A stretch of 64,000 nt of DNA from Candidatus Eiseniibacteriota bacterium (GCA_963783375.1 CAWANH010000029.1:608001-672000); one strand, 5' to 3'; counted from the first letter of the stretch, positions 1-9,728 are shown. Program-made: numbers and translations. The notes: generated from the sequence alone by a model not told the origin.

Positions 1-1132
1 GGATGTTCAGGAGCTGTCCCCCCCGGGCCACGGTGAAGGTGATGGTGTCCCCGATCCGCGCCCCGAAGATCGTGCGCCGGGCCTCCTCCGCATCCCGCAC
101 CTGGATCCCGTCCACCGCCCGGACCACGTCCCCGAGCTGGATGCCGGCGCGGGCGGCCGGCGAACCGGCCTCCAGGCTCCATACCACCAATCCCTGGCGG
201 TCGGGCAGCCCGAGCTGGTTGGCCAGGGCCGGCGAGAGCTGCTGCACCGCCAGCCCGATCCAGACCCCCCGCACGTGGCCGTAGAGGATGAGCTCCTCGG
301 CCACCGACATCGCGGTGTTGATGGGGATCGCGAAACCGATGCCGAGGGAGCCGCCCCCCTGGCTGAAGATGAAGGTGTTGATCGCGATCACCTCGCCGTC
401 GGCATTCACCAGGGGCCCGCCCGAGTTCCCGGGGTTGATCGAGGCGTCGGTCTGGATCATGTCCTTGTAGATGGCCGATCCCTCGCTGATCTTGACGTCT
501 CGGTGGACCGCGCTCACCACCCCCACCGTCACCGAGGGACGAGGGTCGCCCACGAAGTTGCCGAAGGGATTTCCCAGCGCCAGCGCCCATTCCCCCACCA
601 TGAGGTCGTCGGAGTTCCCCAGGGGAGTGGTCTGGAAGACCTCGGTTCCCTGCTGCTTGACCCGGATCACCGCCAGGTCGTAGTTGGGGTCGGTCCCCAC
701 CACCTCGCATTCGAAGACCTCGCGATTGGGAAGGGTCACCCAGATCTGGGCCGCTCTCCCCACCAGGTGGTCGTTGGTGAGGAAGAAGCCCTTGGAGTCG
801 AGCACGATCCCCGAACCCATCCGGGGCAGGAATTGATCCTGCACACCCGGAAAATCCGGGAAGAAGCGCCGGAAGAACTCCAGGGTGCGGGGGTCGATTC
901 CCGAAATGGTGCGGCGCTCCAGCGCGTTCACGCTCACCACGGTGGGAGCAACGCGTTCCACCGCCTGCACCAGCGCGGTACGGCGGCTGGCGCTCACCCG
1001 GTCGTCGCCGGCAGCCGGCGGCGTGGCGGGAAGCCCCGACTCCTTTCCCCCGCATCCGGCCAGGAGGAGGAACAGGAGCGGAAGCCCCCGACGGAGCGTC
1101 CCCCGGACCGTTGTCGTGGTGTTTCGTCTCAT
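1..1132 (-). CDS. htrA: HtrA/DegP-family serine protease with PDZ domain, lipoprotein (runs off window start)
   Basis: Not in the ORF track; manual translation from ATG at 1132 gives a LAGC lipobox, TNDH, DLAVI, QTDASINPGNSGGPL and a PDZ-like GSPAARAGIQLGDVV segment. Confidence 0.92.
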   Translation of the reverse strand, partial: MRRNTTTTVRGTLRRGLPLLFLLLAGCGGKESGLPATPPAAGDDRVSASRRTALVQAVERVAPTVVSVNALERRTISGIDPRTLEFFRRFFPDFPGVQDQFLPRMGSGIVLDSKGFFLTNDHLVGRAAQIWVTLPNREVFECEVVGTDPNYDLAVIRVKQQGTEVFQTTPLGNSDDLMVGEWALALGNPFGNFVGDPRPSVTVGVVSAVHRDVKISEGSAIYKDMIQTDASINPGNSGGPLVNADGEVIAINTFIFSQGGGSLGIGFAIPINTAMSVAEELILYGHVRGVWIGLAVQQLSPALANQLGLPDRQGLVVWSLEAGSPAARAGIQLGDVVRAVDGIQVRDAEEARRTIFGARIGDTITFTVARGGQLLNI

Positions 1133-1179
1133 GGTGTTCCTCGCATCGCATCCGCGGGCCCTCTGGAGCCCGGCGCGAC

Positions 1180-1968
1180 TCACCCGCCCAACCCGGCCAG
1201 GCGCGCCGCCCGGAAGACCGGCGCCTCCACCCGCTCCCCGGGATATCCGACCGCGGCCAAGTAGAGGCCCCCCGGGGAAGCCGCCGGACCCGCCCGCGCG
1301 CGGTCCCGCCCCTCGAGGACGCGCCGCAGGGCGCCCACCGCGCCGCCCTCCTCGAAGTCCCGAAGCAGGCTTCCCACCACCGCGCGGACCATGCCGTAGA
1401 GAAAACGGTCGGCGGTGATCCGGATGAGCGCGCCGCCCTCCAACACGAGCCAGGATGCCTCGGTCACCGTGCACACCGTGGTCCGGGTTTCCGCGCCCGA
1501 CCGGGCGAACCCCGCGAAGTCGCCCACCCCCACCAGGGAGGCCAGTTCCCCCGCCGCCCACGCCGGATCGGGAAACCGTCGCGGGCAGGATCGGCGGTGG
1601 CGGAAGAAAACCGACTCCTCCCGCCCCAGGGCGTAGAGGTAGGTCCGCTCCACCGCGTCGAACCGGGCGTGGAACTCCGGCGCCGTCCGGACCGCTCCCC
1701 GGATCCTGAGATCCGCCGGGGTGAGCGAGGCCAGGGCGCGCGCCAGGGCGCCGGGTTCCCACTCCCGCTCCAGGTCCACGTGGCAGGGGTTCTGCAGGGC
1801 ATGAACCCCGGCATCCGTCCTCCCGGATCCGGTGGGACGCGCGCTCTCTCCGAGCCGGGCCAGGGCCCCGGCCAGCTCACCCTGCACCGTCCGACGTCCG
1901 GGCTGGACCTGCCACCCCGAAAAATCGGTGCCATCGTACTCAAGGTCGATCCGACAGCGCCACCCCAT
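1180..1968 (-). CDS. truA: tRNA pseudouridine(38-40) synthase
   Basis: YDGTDFSGWQVQP, GRTDAGVHA, FHARF, FLYGMVR motifs; ATG at 1968 overlaps the upstream TGA. Confidence 0.95.
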   Translation of the reverse strand: MGWRCRIDLEYDGTDFSGWQVQPGRRTVQGELAGALARLGESARPTGSGRTDAGVHALQNPCHVDLEREWEPGALARALASLTPADLRIRGAVRTAPEFHARFDAVERTYLYALGREESVFFRHRRSCPRRFPDPAWAAGELASLVGVGDFAGFARSGAETRTTVCTVTEASWLVLEGGALIRITADRFLYGMVRAVVGSLLRDFEEGGAVGALRRVLEGRDRARAGPAASPGGLYLAAVGYPGERVEAPVFRAARLAGLGG

Positions 1969-2711
1969 CAACCGGATCCCAGCCAGATCGCCCCCGCCAC
2001 CGCTGCGCCCACCATCGACCAATCCCAGAACCCCATGCGGTAGCCTCGGGCGAAGCCGCGCTCGGCGCCCGGACGATAGCCGCGCAGCGTCAGGGCCAGG
2101 GCGAGAGCCTCGGCCCGCTCCACCACCGTGATCATCCACACCGGGGCCAGCCCGGCCGCCCGGCGGAGCCCCGAGAGCCCCCGGCGGGGGCCGCGGCGGA
2201 GCCGATCCACGTCGAGAATCCGCACCGCTTCGGTCCCCAGGATGGGGAAGAGCCTGAGCGCGAGAACCACGGGCAGGAACGCCCGGTGGACGCGCCGGCG
2301 CCAGCCCGGCGCCCCCCGCACCGTCCACTCGAGGCTTCCGCCCAGCTCGAAGGCCCGGATGGTGCCCACCGCCCACGCCGCCACCGCGGCCAGGGCGCCG
2401 AGCCTCGCGCCCTGGACCGCGCCGAGACGGAGCCCCTCCGCGCTGGGGCGCACCCAACCCAACCACCCCGGTCCCAGGCGGTGACCGGGGGTGAGAAAGG
2501 CGTTGGCCACCAGGCTCAGCCCCCACAGGACGATCAGAAGCCGGAAGACGGAGGCCAGGCGCCGGAACCCCACCCCGGCGCTCACCAGCAGGAGGAGGGT
2601 CACGGGTAGGGCGGTGAGGGCGCGCCCCGCCGGGGCGGCGGCCAGGGCGACGCTCGAGAGCAGGGCCAGGAAGACCTTGGCCCGGGGGTCGCGGTCCGCC
2701 CAGAAGCTCAC
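1968..2711 (-). CDS. ecfT: ECF transporter transmembrane (EcfT/CbiQ) component
   Basis: DPRAK start, hydrophobic helices, LALRLFP..., RRG and ALTLRGY motifs; GTGA overlap with the lnt stop. Confidence 0.8.
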   Translation of the reverse strand: MSFWADRDPRAKVFLALLSSVALAAAPAGRALTALPVTLLLLVSAGVGFRRLASVFRLLIVLWGLSLVANAFLTPGHRLGPGWLGWVRPSAEGLRLGAVQGARLGALAAVAAWAVGTIRAFELGGSLEWTVRGAPGWRRRVHRAFLPVVLALRLFPILGTEAVRILDVDRLRRGPRRGLSGLRRAAGLAPVWMITVVERAEALALALTLRGYRPGAERGFARGYRMGFWDWSMVGAAVAGAIWLGSG

Positions 2712-4225
2712 GATCGTCGCCCCCGGATGAACGCGTAAATCCCGAGCAGGAAGAGGATCGCTCCGGCCGCCACCAACACCCAGTTCCCGTGCCGGTCGTA
2801 GAAAGTGGGCCCGTCCCCCAACTCCACCGCATCCACAAAACCCGTCTTCACGAAGGTGTCGGTGCGGTGCCTCACCAGGCCGTAGGGATCGATCACTCCG
2901 GAGATCCCGGTGTTGGCCGCCCGGACCAGGCCCACCCGGCTCTCGATGGCCCGGAGCACGTTCATGTTGAAGTGCTGGGCGGGAGCGGCGGAGTCTCCGA
3001 ACCACTGGTCGTTGGTGATGTTGACCAGGTAGCGCGCGCCGAGGTTCACCTCCTCGCGGGCCAGGCCGGGAAAGATGGACTCGAAGCAGATGAGAACCCC
3101 GAAGGGAACGCCGTTCTCCTTCATGATCCCGGGCTTCGTCCCCGGGGTGAAGTCGGATTGGCCGAAATCGAAGCGGTTGAGGAACGGCAGCGGGAAGTCC
3201 TCGCTGAAGGGGACAAGGTGCCGCTTGTCGTAACGGGCCACGATCCCCCGCTCCGGGAGGATGAGAGCCGCGGAATTGGTGAAGCGGATCGAGCCGTCCT
3301 CGAGGCGCACACCGTCGGGGAACCCGGCCAGAAGCGGCACGCCGGTGCTGTCCACCAGGCGTTCAACCAGGTACCGATAGTAAGGCTCGCGCGGGAGCCG
3401 GACCGGGATCGCGGTCTCCGGCCAGATGGTCATGGCCGGCGGACCGGCCTCGCTTTCCGCGGCCAGGTCCGCGGTCTGATCGAGGATCGCGTGGACCACC
3501 GAGTCCCGGACCGCCATTTCCCACTTGTCGTTTCCCACGTTGGGCTGGATCACCCCCACCGCCACCCCCGCCCGGGGCCGACGATGGTTGAGGACGTTCT
3601 GGCCGTGCAGGTAGGGAAGCACCACCACGATCGCGATGAGGGCGAATCCCGTCAGCTTGGGCCGAACCCAGGGAAGCGCGAGATACAAGTAGACCGACCC
3701 GTTCACCAGCGCCGCCCACAGGGAGACCCCCCACACCCCGGTGATGGAGGCGAACTGGATCAGGTGGGGATAGGGGGCGAAGGCGTAGCCCAACGACCCC
3801 CACGGGAAACCGAAGGTCCCGGTTCCCCGGAGCGCCTCGGTCAACGTCCAGGCCAGGGGAAGGGAGATCGCGGGAGAAACACCGCGGCGGGAGAGCCAGG
3901 CCGCGGCCGCGGCGGCGAGCGCCGGGTAGAGGGCGAGATAGGCCGCCATGACCCCCAGGGCGGGGATCATGAGGTAAGGGACGGTCACGTTCTCGGCCGG
4001 GAGCTTGGGGATCCAGTAGAGCAGCACCAGGAAGAACACCACCCCGGTGAGATAGCCCAGACGAAATGCGCTCCAGACCGACACCGTGGTCTCGGGGGGC
4101 GAACCGGGAGGCCGGATGGCCAGCATGAGCGGGAAGAGGGCGACGAACGCCACCAGCACCAGCGCGAACTTCGGGAAGCAGACCGCGAGAAGGAGACCGG
4201 AGAGGGCGGCGAGGGCGGGCTTCAC
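2708..4225 (-). CDS. lnt: Apolipoprotein N-acyltransferase
   Basis: GFPWGSLGY, WPETA, YDKRHLVPFSE, ICFESIF, TNDQWFG, RAANTGIS. Confidence 0.95.
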   Translation of the reverse strand: MKPALAALSGLLLAVCFPKFALVLVAFVALFPLMLAIRPPGSPPETTVSVWSAFRLGYLTGVVFFLVLLYWIPKLPAENVTVPYLMIPALGVMAAYLALYPALAAAAAAWLSRRGVSPAISLPLAWTLTEALRGTGTFGFPWGSLGYAFAPYPHLIQFASITGVWGVSLWAALVNGSVYLYLALPWVRPKLTGFALIAIVVVLPYLHGQNVLNHRRPRAGVAVGVIQPNVGNDKWEMAVRDSVVHAILDQTADLAAESEAGPPAMTIWPETAIPVRLPREPYYRYLVERLVDSTGVPLLAGFPDGVRLEDGSIRFTNSAALILPERGIVARYDKRHLVPFSEDFPLPFLNRFDFGQSDFTPGTKPGIMKENGVPFGVLICFESIFPGLAREEVNLGARYLVNITNDQWFGDSAAPAQHFNMNVLRAIESRVGLVRAANTGISGVIDPYGLVRHRTDTFVKTGFVDAVELGDGPTFYDRHGNWVLVAAGAILFLLGIYAFIRGRRS

Positions 4226-4232
4226 CGGCTCC

Positions 4233-5255
4233 TCAACCGAGACGGATCTCGCGCCCTTCGAGCGCCGACTGGTACACCGCCTCCAGGATGCGGTGCAGAA
4301 CCAGGGCGTCCTCCCCCGGCGAGCGGGGCCGGGATCCGGAGCGCGCGCACTCCACGAAGTGGCGGAGCTCGGCCTCGTAGGAGAGCTTGTAGCTGTTTCG
4401 GCCCGCGGTCACCGCCGGGGTGACGTTGACCAGGCTGCCGTGCATCTCCTTGTGCACCCGAAGCGGGTTCAAGAGCGCCGCTCCCTTGTCCCCGAAGAGA
4501 TTCAGGTAGGCGAAGTCCTTCTCCATGAGGAGGCCCCAGGACACCTCCAGGGCCACCGTGCCTCCGCTCTGGAGCCGGAGGAGGGCGGCCGCGCTGGTCT
4601 CCAGCTCATCGCGACGGGGCTTGGGGTGGGCGGTGGCCGAAACCGATTCCACCGGCGGCATGTCCAGGAGCCACATCACCGCATCCAGCATCTGGATCCC
4701 GAGATCGAGGAGCACGCCGCCTCCGGCGTACCGCTTCTTCCCCTTCCAGCTCGGTCCCGACCACTCGGAGGCCTGCATGAGCCAGCCGGTCTTGGCGTAG
4801 AACACCGTGCCCAGTTCGCCCTCGGAGATGAATCGCTTGAGCACGGCGGCGTCCTCCCGGTAGCGGCCGTTGAAGCCGCTCATCAGGATGCGGCCCTGTT
4901 TCCGGGCCGCCGCCACCATCTGCTCCGCCTCCTTGCTGCTGCGTGAGAACGGCTTCTCGCAGAGAACGTGCTTGCCGTTTTCCAGGGCGGCGATGGTCGC
5001 GGGCGCGTGGAGGTGGTTGGGAAGGCAGATATCCACCACCTCCACGTCCTCGAGTTCCACCAGTTCCTCTATGGACCGGGTGACGTGGGGGATGTTGTAC
5101 CGGCCGGCCACCCGGCGGGCCTTGGGAAGGTCGGTATCGCAGATCGCGGCCACCGTCGCTCCCGGGATGCGCGCATAGGCGGGCAAATGGCTGACCTGGG
5201 CGATCGCCCCCGCCCCGAGGATCCCCACCCGAACCTCCCGTTCGGCCTTCACCAT
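4233..5255 (-). CDS. Gfo/Idh/MocA-family oxidoreductase
   Basis: GILGAGAIA Rossmann motif, KHVLCEKP, GGGVLLDLGIQ. Confidence 0.9.
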   Translation of the reverse strand: MVKAEREVRVGILGAGAIAQVSHLPAYARIPGATVAAICDTDLPKARRVAGRYNIPHVTRSIEELVELEDVEVVDICLPNHLHAPATIAALENGKHVLCEKPFSRSSKEAEQMVAAARKQGRILMSGFNGRYREDAAVLKRFISEGELGTVFYAKTGWLMQASEWSGPSWKGKKRYAGGGVLLDLGIQMLDAVMWLLDMPPVESVSATAHPKPRRDELETSAAALLRLQSGGTVALEVSWGLLMEKDFAYLNLFGDKGAALLNPLRVHKEMHGSLVNVTPAVTAGRNSYKLSYEAELRHFVECARSGSRPRSPGEDALVLHRILEAVYQSALEGREIRLG

Positions 5256-6277
5256 CGGGGTTCGCCCTCCAGGCGCACCGTGCCCGTCCCCTCGACCGCC
5301 TCCCCCACCACGAACGCCCCGTTGCCGGCGCGGGCCACGGCCTCGGCTGCCCGCTCCGCGGGCACCGCCGCCACCAGACCCACCCCCAGATTGAACGTCC
5401 GGGTCATCTCATCCAGCGGAACGTCGCCGTAGCGCGCGATCAGCCCGAACAGGGGGGGGATCCGCCAGGCGCTCCGGTCCACCCGGGCGTCGATCCCCGG
5501 GGGAAGGATCCGCGACAGGTTTCCCGGTATCCCCCCTCCGGTGATGTGGGCGGCCCCTTTCAGGGTGCCCCGCAGGGCCTTGAACACCGGGCGATAGGAA
5601 CGGTGGACGGCGAGGAGCGCGTCCCCCAGGGGGACCTTGGTCCCCGGCACCTCGTCGTCGGGGTGGAGCCCGGCCGCCTCGAAGAGCACTCTCCGGGCGA
5701 GAGAGTAGCCGTTGGTGTGGAGGCCGGTGGAAGGAAAGCCCAGGAACACGTCCCCGGGCGCGATCCCGGAACCGTCGACGAAGTCCTCGCGGCGGACCGT
5801 GCCCACGATGCAGCCGACCAGATCCAGATCGGGAGGGGTGTACACCCCGGGCATCTCCGCGGTCTCCCCCCCGATCAGGGCGCAACCGTTGGCCCGGCAT
5901 CCCCGGACCATACCCTCCACCACCTGTTCCACCACTTCGGGGTCCAGCTTCCCCATGCCGACGTAGTCCAGGAAGAGGAGGGGATCGGCGCCGTGCACCC
6001 CGATGTCTCCCGTGCAGTGGTTGACCAGGTCCTCCCCCACCGTGTCGTAGCGACCCAGCATGGCCGCGACCTTGAGCTTGGTCCCCACCCCGTCGATGCT
6101 GGAGACGAGGAGGAGATCGGGATCGCCGCCGGGAATCGTGCAGACGCCGCCGAAGGTGCCGAGTTCGGTGAGCACGTTGGGTCCGAACGTCTCGCGGACC
6201 TTTCCCTTGATGCGGCGGACCGCTTCCTCACCGGCGCTCAGATCCACCCCGGCGTCGCGGTAGCGGATGGGGCTCAT
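5249..6277 (-). CDS. purM: Phosphoribosylformylglycinamidine cyclo-ligase (AIR synthetase)
   Basis: YRDAGVD, DGVGTK, GGETAEMPG, STGLHTNGYSL, HITGGG. Confidence 0.97.
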   Translation of the reverse strand: MSPIRYRDAGVDLSAGEEAVRRIKGKVRETFGPNVLTELGTFGGVCTIPGGDPDLLLVSSIDGVGTKLKVAAMLGRYDTVGEDLVNHCTGDIGVHGADPLLFLDYVGMGKLDPEVVEQVVEGMVRGCRANGCALIGGETAEMPGVYTPPDLDLVGCIVGTVRREDFVDGSGIAPGDVFLGFPSTGLHTNGYSLARRVLFEAAGLHPDDEVPGTKVPLGDALLAVHRSYRPVFKALRGTLKGAAHITGGGIPGNLSRILPPGIDARVDRSAWRIPPLFGLIARYGDVPLDEMTRTFNLGVGLVAAVPAERAAEAVARAGNGAFVVGEAVEGTGTVRLEGEPRW

Positions 6278-6293
6278 GACCCGGGGGCTCCCC

Positions 6294-7691
6294 TCATACC
6301 ACCCCGGCGTTGACCAGCCCGGGGCGGGCCAGAAGTTCCGGTGGGGGCGGGGCCACCTCCCCTCCCACCTCGATCTCGCCGCGACGAACGAGACGCTCCA
6401 GGGCGGTGACCACCTCGGGGTCGAACTGGTCCCCGGAGCAGCGCCGCATCTCGGCCATGGACTCCTCCAGGGTCAGGGCCTTCCGGTATACCCGGTCCGA
6501 GGTCATGGCGTCGAAGGCGTCGGCGGTCATCACGATGCGGGCGCCCAGGGAGAACTCCTTGGCCGGCAGGTTGTGGTAGCCGCGGCCGTCCAGCCGCTCG
6601 TGGTGGAAGCGGACCAGGGGGGCCACCCGCCGGAACGCGCGCACCTGTTCCAGGATGTCCGCTCCGAGGCCGGCGTGGAGGCAGATCCGCTCCCGCTCCT
6701 CGGGGCTGAGACGGCCCGGCTTGAGGATCAGGTCCCGCTGGGACATCTTGATCTTTCCGATGTCGTGGAGGAGCCCGCCGTACTCGATCCGCTCCACCTC
6801 CCGCTCGGAGAGCCCCAGCTCCCGGGCCAGGACGGCGCTGTACTTGCTCACCCGCTGGGAGTGCTGACGGGTATAGGGGTCGAACTCATCGATGACACTG
6901 GCCAGCACCCCGGCGAAATCGAGAAGATCGCGTTTGGTCTCGATGTAGAGCTTGAAGCTGTACCGGGCCAGGAGCAGGGGGAAGATGAAGAGCACGACCC
7001 CCCAGGTCCCGAGCCCGAAATAAGCCACCGCCACCGCCGCCCCGAAGGGGAGCGAGGCCACCATGTGAAAGATGGTCCAGATGTAGTTGACCTGCCAGAC
7101 CTGCCACGTCTTTCGTCCCTCGGAAAGCGCGATGACCAGGCTCACGATCATGGTGTTCAGCGCGTAGTAGCTCATCCCCATGGCCACGATCGGCAACAGG
7201 ACGTGGGGAAAGCCGAGGGGCTGTCCGGGCACCCCGCCCAGAACCTGGTACACCCACCCCGCCACCATCACCGTGCCCGCGAAGGCGCAGGCGTTGAAGA
7301 TGGCTTTGTGGAGCGGGCGGCGCTGAACGCCGAGCTGCAGGAGCATGGTGGCCGCGAACTCGGCCAGGGCGGTGGGAAGCGGTCCCAGGATGAGGATGCC
7401 CGCGTAGTCCAGGGTCGAGGACACCGTGATGAACCCGCCTCCCGGCAGGTTGACCGGAGCGGCGTCGGTGACCACGATGAGGGCGAACCAGAGGAGAAGG
7501 AGGAACGGAGAGGTTCCGGCCAGGTCGGGCAGGTGCCAACCGAGCAACGTCAACCCCGCGGCCACGATCAGCCCGTAGTAGGCGCGAAACCAGCGGGAAG
7601 CCCCCGTCGGCGCCCCCAGCCGTGAAGGCTGCTGAATGGTGATGCCCTCCACGCTCGCGTCAAGCATACCCCCCCGATCCGCCCCCCCCAT
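6294..7691 (-). CDS. Membrane-sensor (MASE9-like) HD-GYP phosphodiesterase; start uncertain
   Basis: About 7 TM helices followed by HSQRV, LLHDIGK, HHERLDGRGYH, ADAFDAMTSDRVYR. Confidence 0.88.
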   Translation of the reverse strand: MGGADRGGMLDASVEGITIQQPSRLGAPTGASRWFRAYYGLIVAAGLTLLGWHLPDLAGTSPFLLLLWFALIVVTDAAPVNLPGGGFITVSSTLDYAGILILGPLPTALAEFAATMLLQLGVQRRPLHKAIFNACAFAGTVMVAGWVYQVLGGVPGQPLGFPHVLLPIVAMGMSYYALNTMIVSLVIALSEGRKTWQVWQVNYIWTIFHMVASLPFGAAVAVAYFGLGTWGVVLFIFPLLLARYSFKLYIETKRDLLDFAGVLASVIDEFDPYTRQHSQRVSKYSAVLARELGLSEREVERIEYGGLLHDIGKIKMSQRDLILKPGRLSPEERERICLHAGLGADILEQVRAFRRVAPLVRFHHERLDGRGYHNLPAKEFSLGARIVMTADAFDAMTSDRVYRKALTLEESMAEMRRCSGDQFDPEVVTALERLVRRGEIEVGGEVAPPPPELLARPGLVNAGVV

Positions 7692-7763
7692 CGGGGCGCG
7701 GTTCCGGAGGGCTCGGGCTGGTGACGGCAGAAAATGTTCCGGCCGAGCACCCCTACGCCGGGT

Positions 7764-7826
7764 CTACATCCAACCGGATTTTCCCTCGAAAATCACGGAC
7801 ATCAGGTCCAAGAGAAGCTCCCACAT
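7764..7826 (-). CDS. 20-aa small peptide MWELLLDLMSVIFEGKSGWM
   Basis: AAGGAG RBS (7834-7839) 7 nt before ATG, TAG stop, fills the gap between two co-oriented genes. Confidence 0.6.
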   Translation of the reverse strand: MWELLLDLMSVIFEGKSGWM

Positions 7827-7934
7827 GGCTTTGCTCCTTGTTTAGAGGAATCTGAGGTCAGGGTCGCCATCGGTGGTTCGCTTCGCTCGTTCGCTTGCTT
7901 GGCTTGTATACGGCTCTGGGTCGGGTGTTTCTCC

Positions 7935-8696
7935 TCAGGGCAAGGATGTCGGCCGGATCTCGTACTCGACCGGCTCCCGGTAGCGGAGCCGGCCCAGAAT
8001 GCGGTTCAGGGCGTCCAACGTAGCATAGACAACCGACTGCTGCAAATCGTGGCTGACCGGACACGATCCGGTCAACGTCTTCTCCGATCTATCTTTATAG
8101 AATTTGACCGCAACCACCACCACGTCCTCTCCGCCCAGTTCCAGGATCTCCATGTCGGTCAGGGAAAACACGTAGGTCTCGTCCACGAAGCGCTCCACCG
8201 CCTCCAGGGCGGCCTGCCCGATGAGAAGCGGGACCTGCCGGCGGGAGTTGGACCCCGCCGCCTCCCCCACGGTTTCCCGGTCTCCCAGGGACAATTCCAC
8301 CCGGGCACGGCAGGAGGCCTGGTCCAGTCCCACCGTCACCCCCACGAAGCGGAGGCGGATGGCGGCGGGTTCCTCATCGATGCGCAGGGCGGGCAGGGTG
8401 AGCACGTTGGGGAGACGGGGAGGCTCGGCGGCCGGCGGCTCGCCGCCGGTATCGCGCTTCTGAGCCACCGAGATCTTGCGGTAATCCACGTCCATCTGAT
8501 ACTCGGCGCGGAGCGCGGAGCGCACGTCGCGGACGATCTGCTTGGGCGGGCGCTGCCCGTCAGCCAGGATATTGATCTCGGCGATATCCCGGTCGTCTTC
8601 GGTCAGGGAGATCGAGGCCCGCGCGATATTGCGAAGGCTGAGCAGCAACTTCTCCGCCTCGATCACCCACTCGCGCCCGCGTGAAACGTTGTTCAA
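7935..8696 (-). CDS. Conserved hypothetical protein (KQIVRDV..A..DYRKISVAQ N-domain; duplicated beta-beta-beta-alpha C-domain resembling the LeuA regulatory domain)
   Basis: Natural protein composition, RBS, upstream sigma70-like promoter; ends in VVYATLDALNR. Confidence 0.75.
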   Translation of the reverse strand: MNNVSRGREWVIEAEKLLLSLRNIARASISLTEDDRDIAEINILADGQRPPKQIVRDVRSALRAEYQMDVDYRKISVAQKRDTGGEPPAAEPPRLPNVLTLPALRIDEEPAAIRLRFVGVTVGLDQASCRARVELSLGDRETVGEAAGSNSRRQVPLLIGQAALEAVERFVDETYVFSLTDMEILELGGEDVVVVAVKFYKDRSEKTLTGSCPVSHDLQQSVVYATLDALNRILGRLRYREPVEYEIRPTSLP

Positions 8697-8728
8697 GCTA
8701 CCCTCTTTGCTTGAAGATCCACCGACGG

Positions 8729-8757
8729 TTTATATCAGACCCCCCCCGGGGAAGCAA
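8729..8757 (-). promoter_or_regulatory. Sigma70-like promoter TTGCTT-17-TATAAA with extended TG, for the hypothetical/peptide/HD-GYP cassette
   Basis: Read directly from the reverse complement. Confidence 0.55.
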
Positions 8758-8797
8758 GCTGATCCCCCCGCAGGACGGGCGGAAGGCGTTCCGGGAC

Positions 8798-9700
8798 TCA
8801 GAATTGCGCCATCTTCCGGACCTCGTGGAAACGGGCCTCGATCTCCTCCCGGGACGCGGTGGCCAGCCGTCCGAGGCTGAACGCCTCCACCGTGAACGAG
8901 GCGAGCACGGTGCCGTAGATCGCCGCCCGGCGGATCTCCGCCTCGCTCCGGCTGTCTCCGCACCCGGCCAGGTAGCCCAGGAACCCCCCGGCGAAGGTGT
9001 CCCCGGCCCCGGTGGGATCGTAGATCAGCTCGATGGGATACGCGGGAGCGGCGAACGTGAACTCGGGGGTCAGGACCAGGGATCCGTGCTCCCCCTTCTT
9101 CACGATCACCATGTCCGGACCCAGGCCGAGGACCGATCGCGCCGCCTTGATGAGGTTGGGCTCGCCGGTGAGCATCCGCACTTCCTCATCGTTCAGAAGC
9201 ACCACGTTCACCCGGCGGAGGGTGGCCATGAGGTCGTCCCGCGACCGCTCGATCCAGTAGTTCATGGTGTCGAGCACCACCAGGGAGGGGTCGCTCACCT
9301 GGTCCAGGACGCTTCCCTGAAGTCCCGGGTGGATGTTGGCCAGGAAGACGTACTTCGCCGCCCGGTAGGATTCAGGGAGCACCGGCTTGAATTCGGCAAA
9401 TACGTTGAGCTGGGTGTCCAGGGTGGTCCTGGTGTTGAGGTCGTAGCCGTACTCCCCCGCCCACCGGAACGTGCGTCCCGAGGCGGTCTCCAGACCGCCG
9501 ACGTCGATTCCCCGGTTGCGGAAGAATTCCACGTGTTCCTCGGGGAAATCATTTCCTACCACCGCCACCATCGCCACCGGGGCGAAATGACGCGCGGCCA
9601 CCGCGAAGTAGGAGGCGGAGCCCCCCAGGGCGTCCTTGGCCTCCCCGAAGGGGGTCTTCACCGAATCCAGGGCCACCGACCCCACCACCAGTACGCTCAC
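8798..9700 (-). CDS. PfkB-family carbohydrate/nucleoside kinase
   Basis: GSVALD, GGSASY, DPTGAGDTFAGG. Confidence 0.92.
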   Translation of the reverse strand: MSVLVVGSVALDSVKTPFGEAKDALGGSASYFAVAARHFAPVAMVAVVGNDFPEEHVEFFRNRGIDVGGLETASGRTFRWAGEYGYDLNTRTTLDTQLNVFAEFKPVLPESYRAAKYVFLANIHPGLQGSVLDQVSDPSLVVLDTMNYWIERSRDDLMATLRRVNVVLLNDEEVRMLTGEPNLIKAARSVLGLGPDMVIVKKGEHGSLVLTPEFTFAAPAYPIELIYDPTGAGDTFAGGFLGYLAGCGDSRSEAEIRRAAIYGTVLASFTVEAFSLGRLATASREEIEARFHEVRKMAQF

Positions 9701-9728
9701 GTCGGAGATTCTCCTTCCGTTCGCCCGG

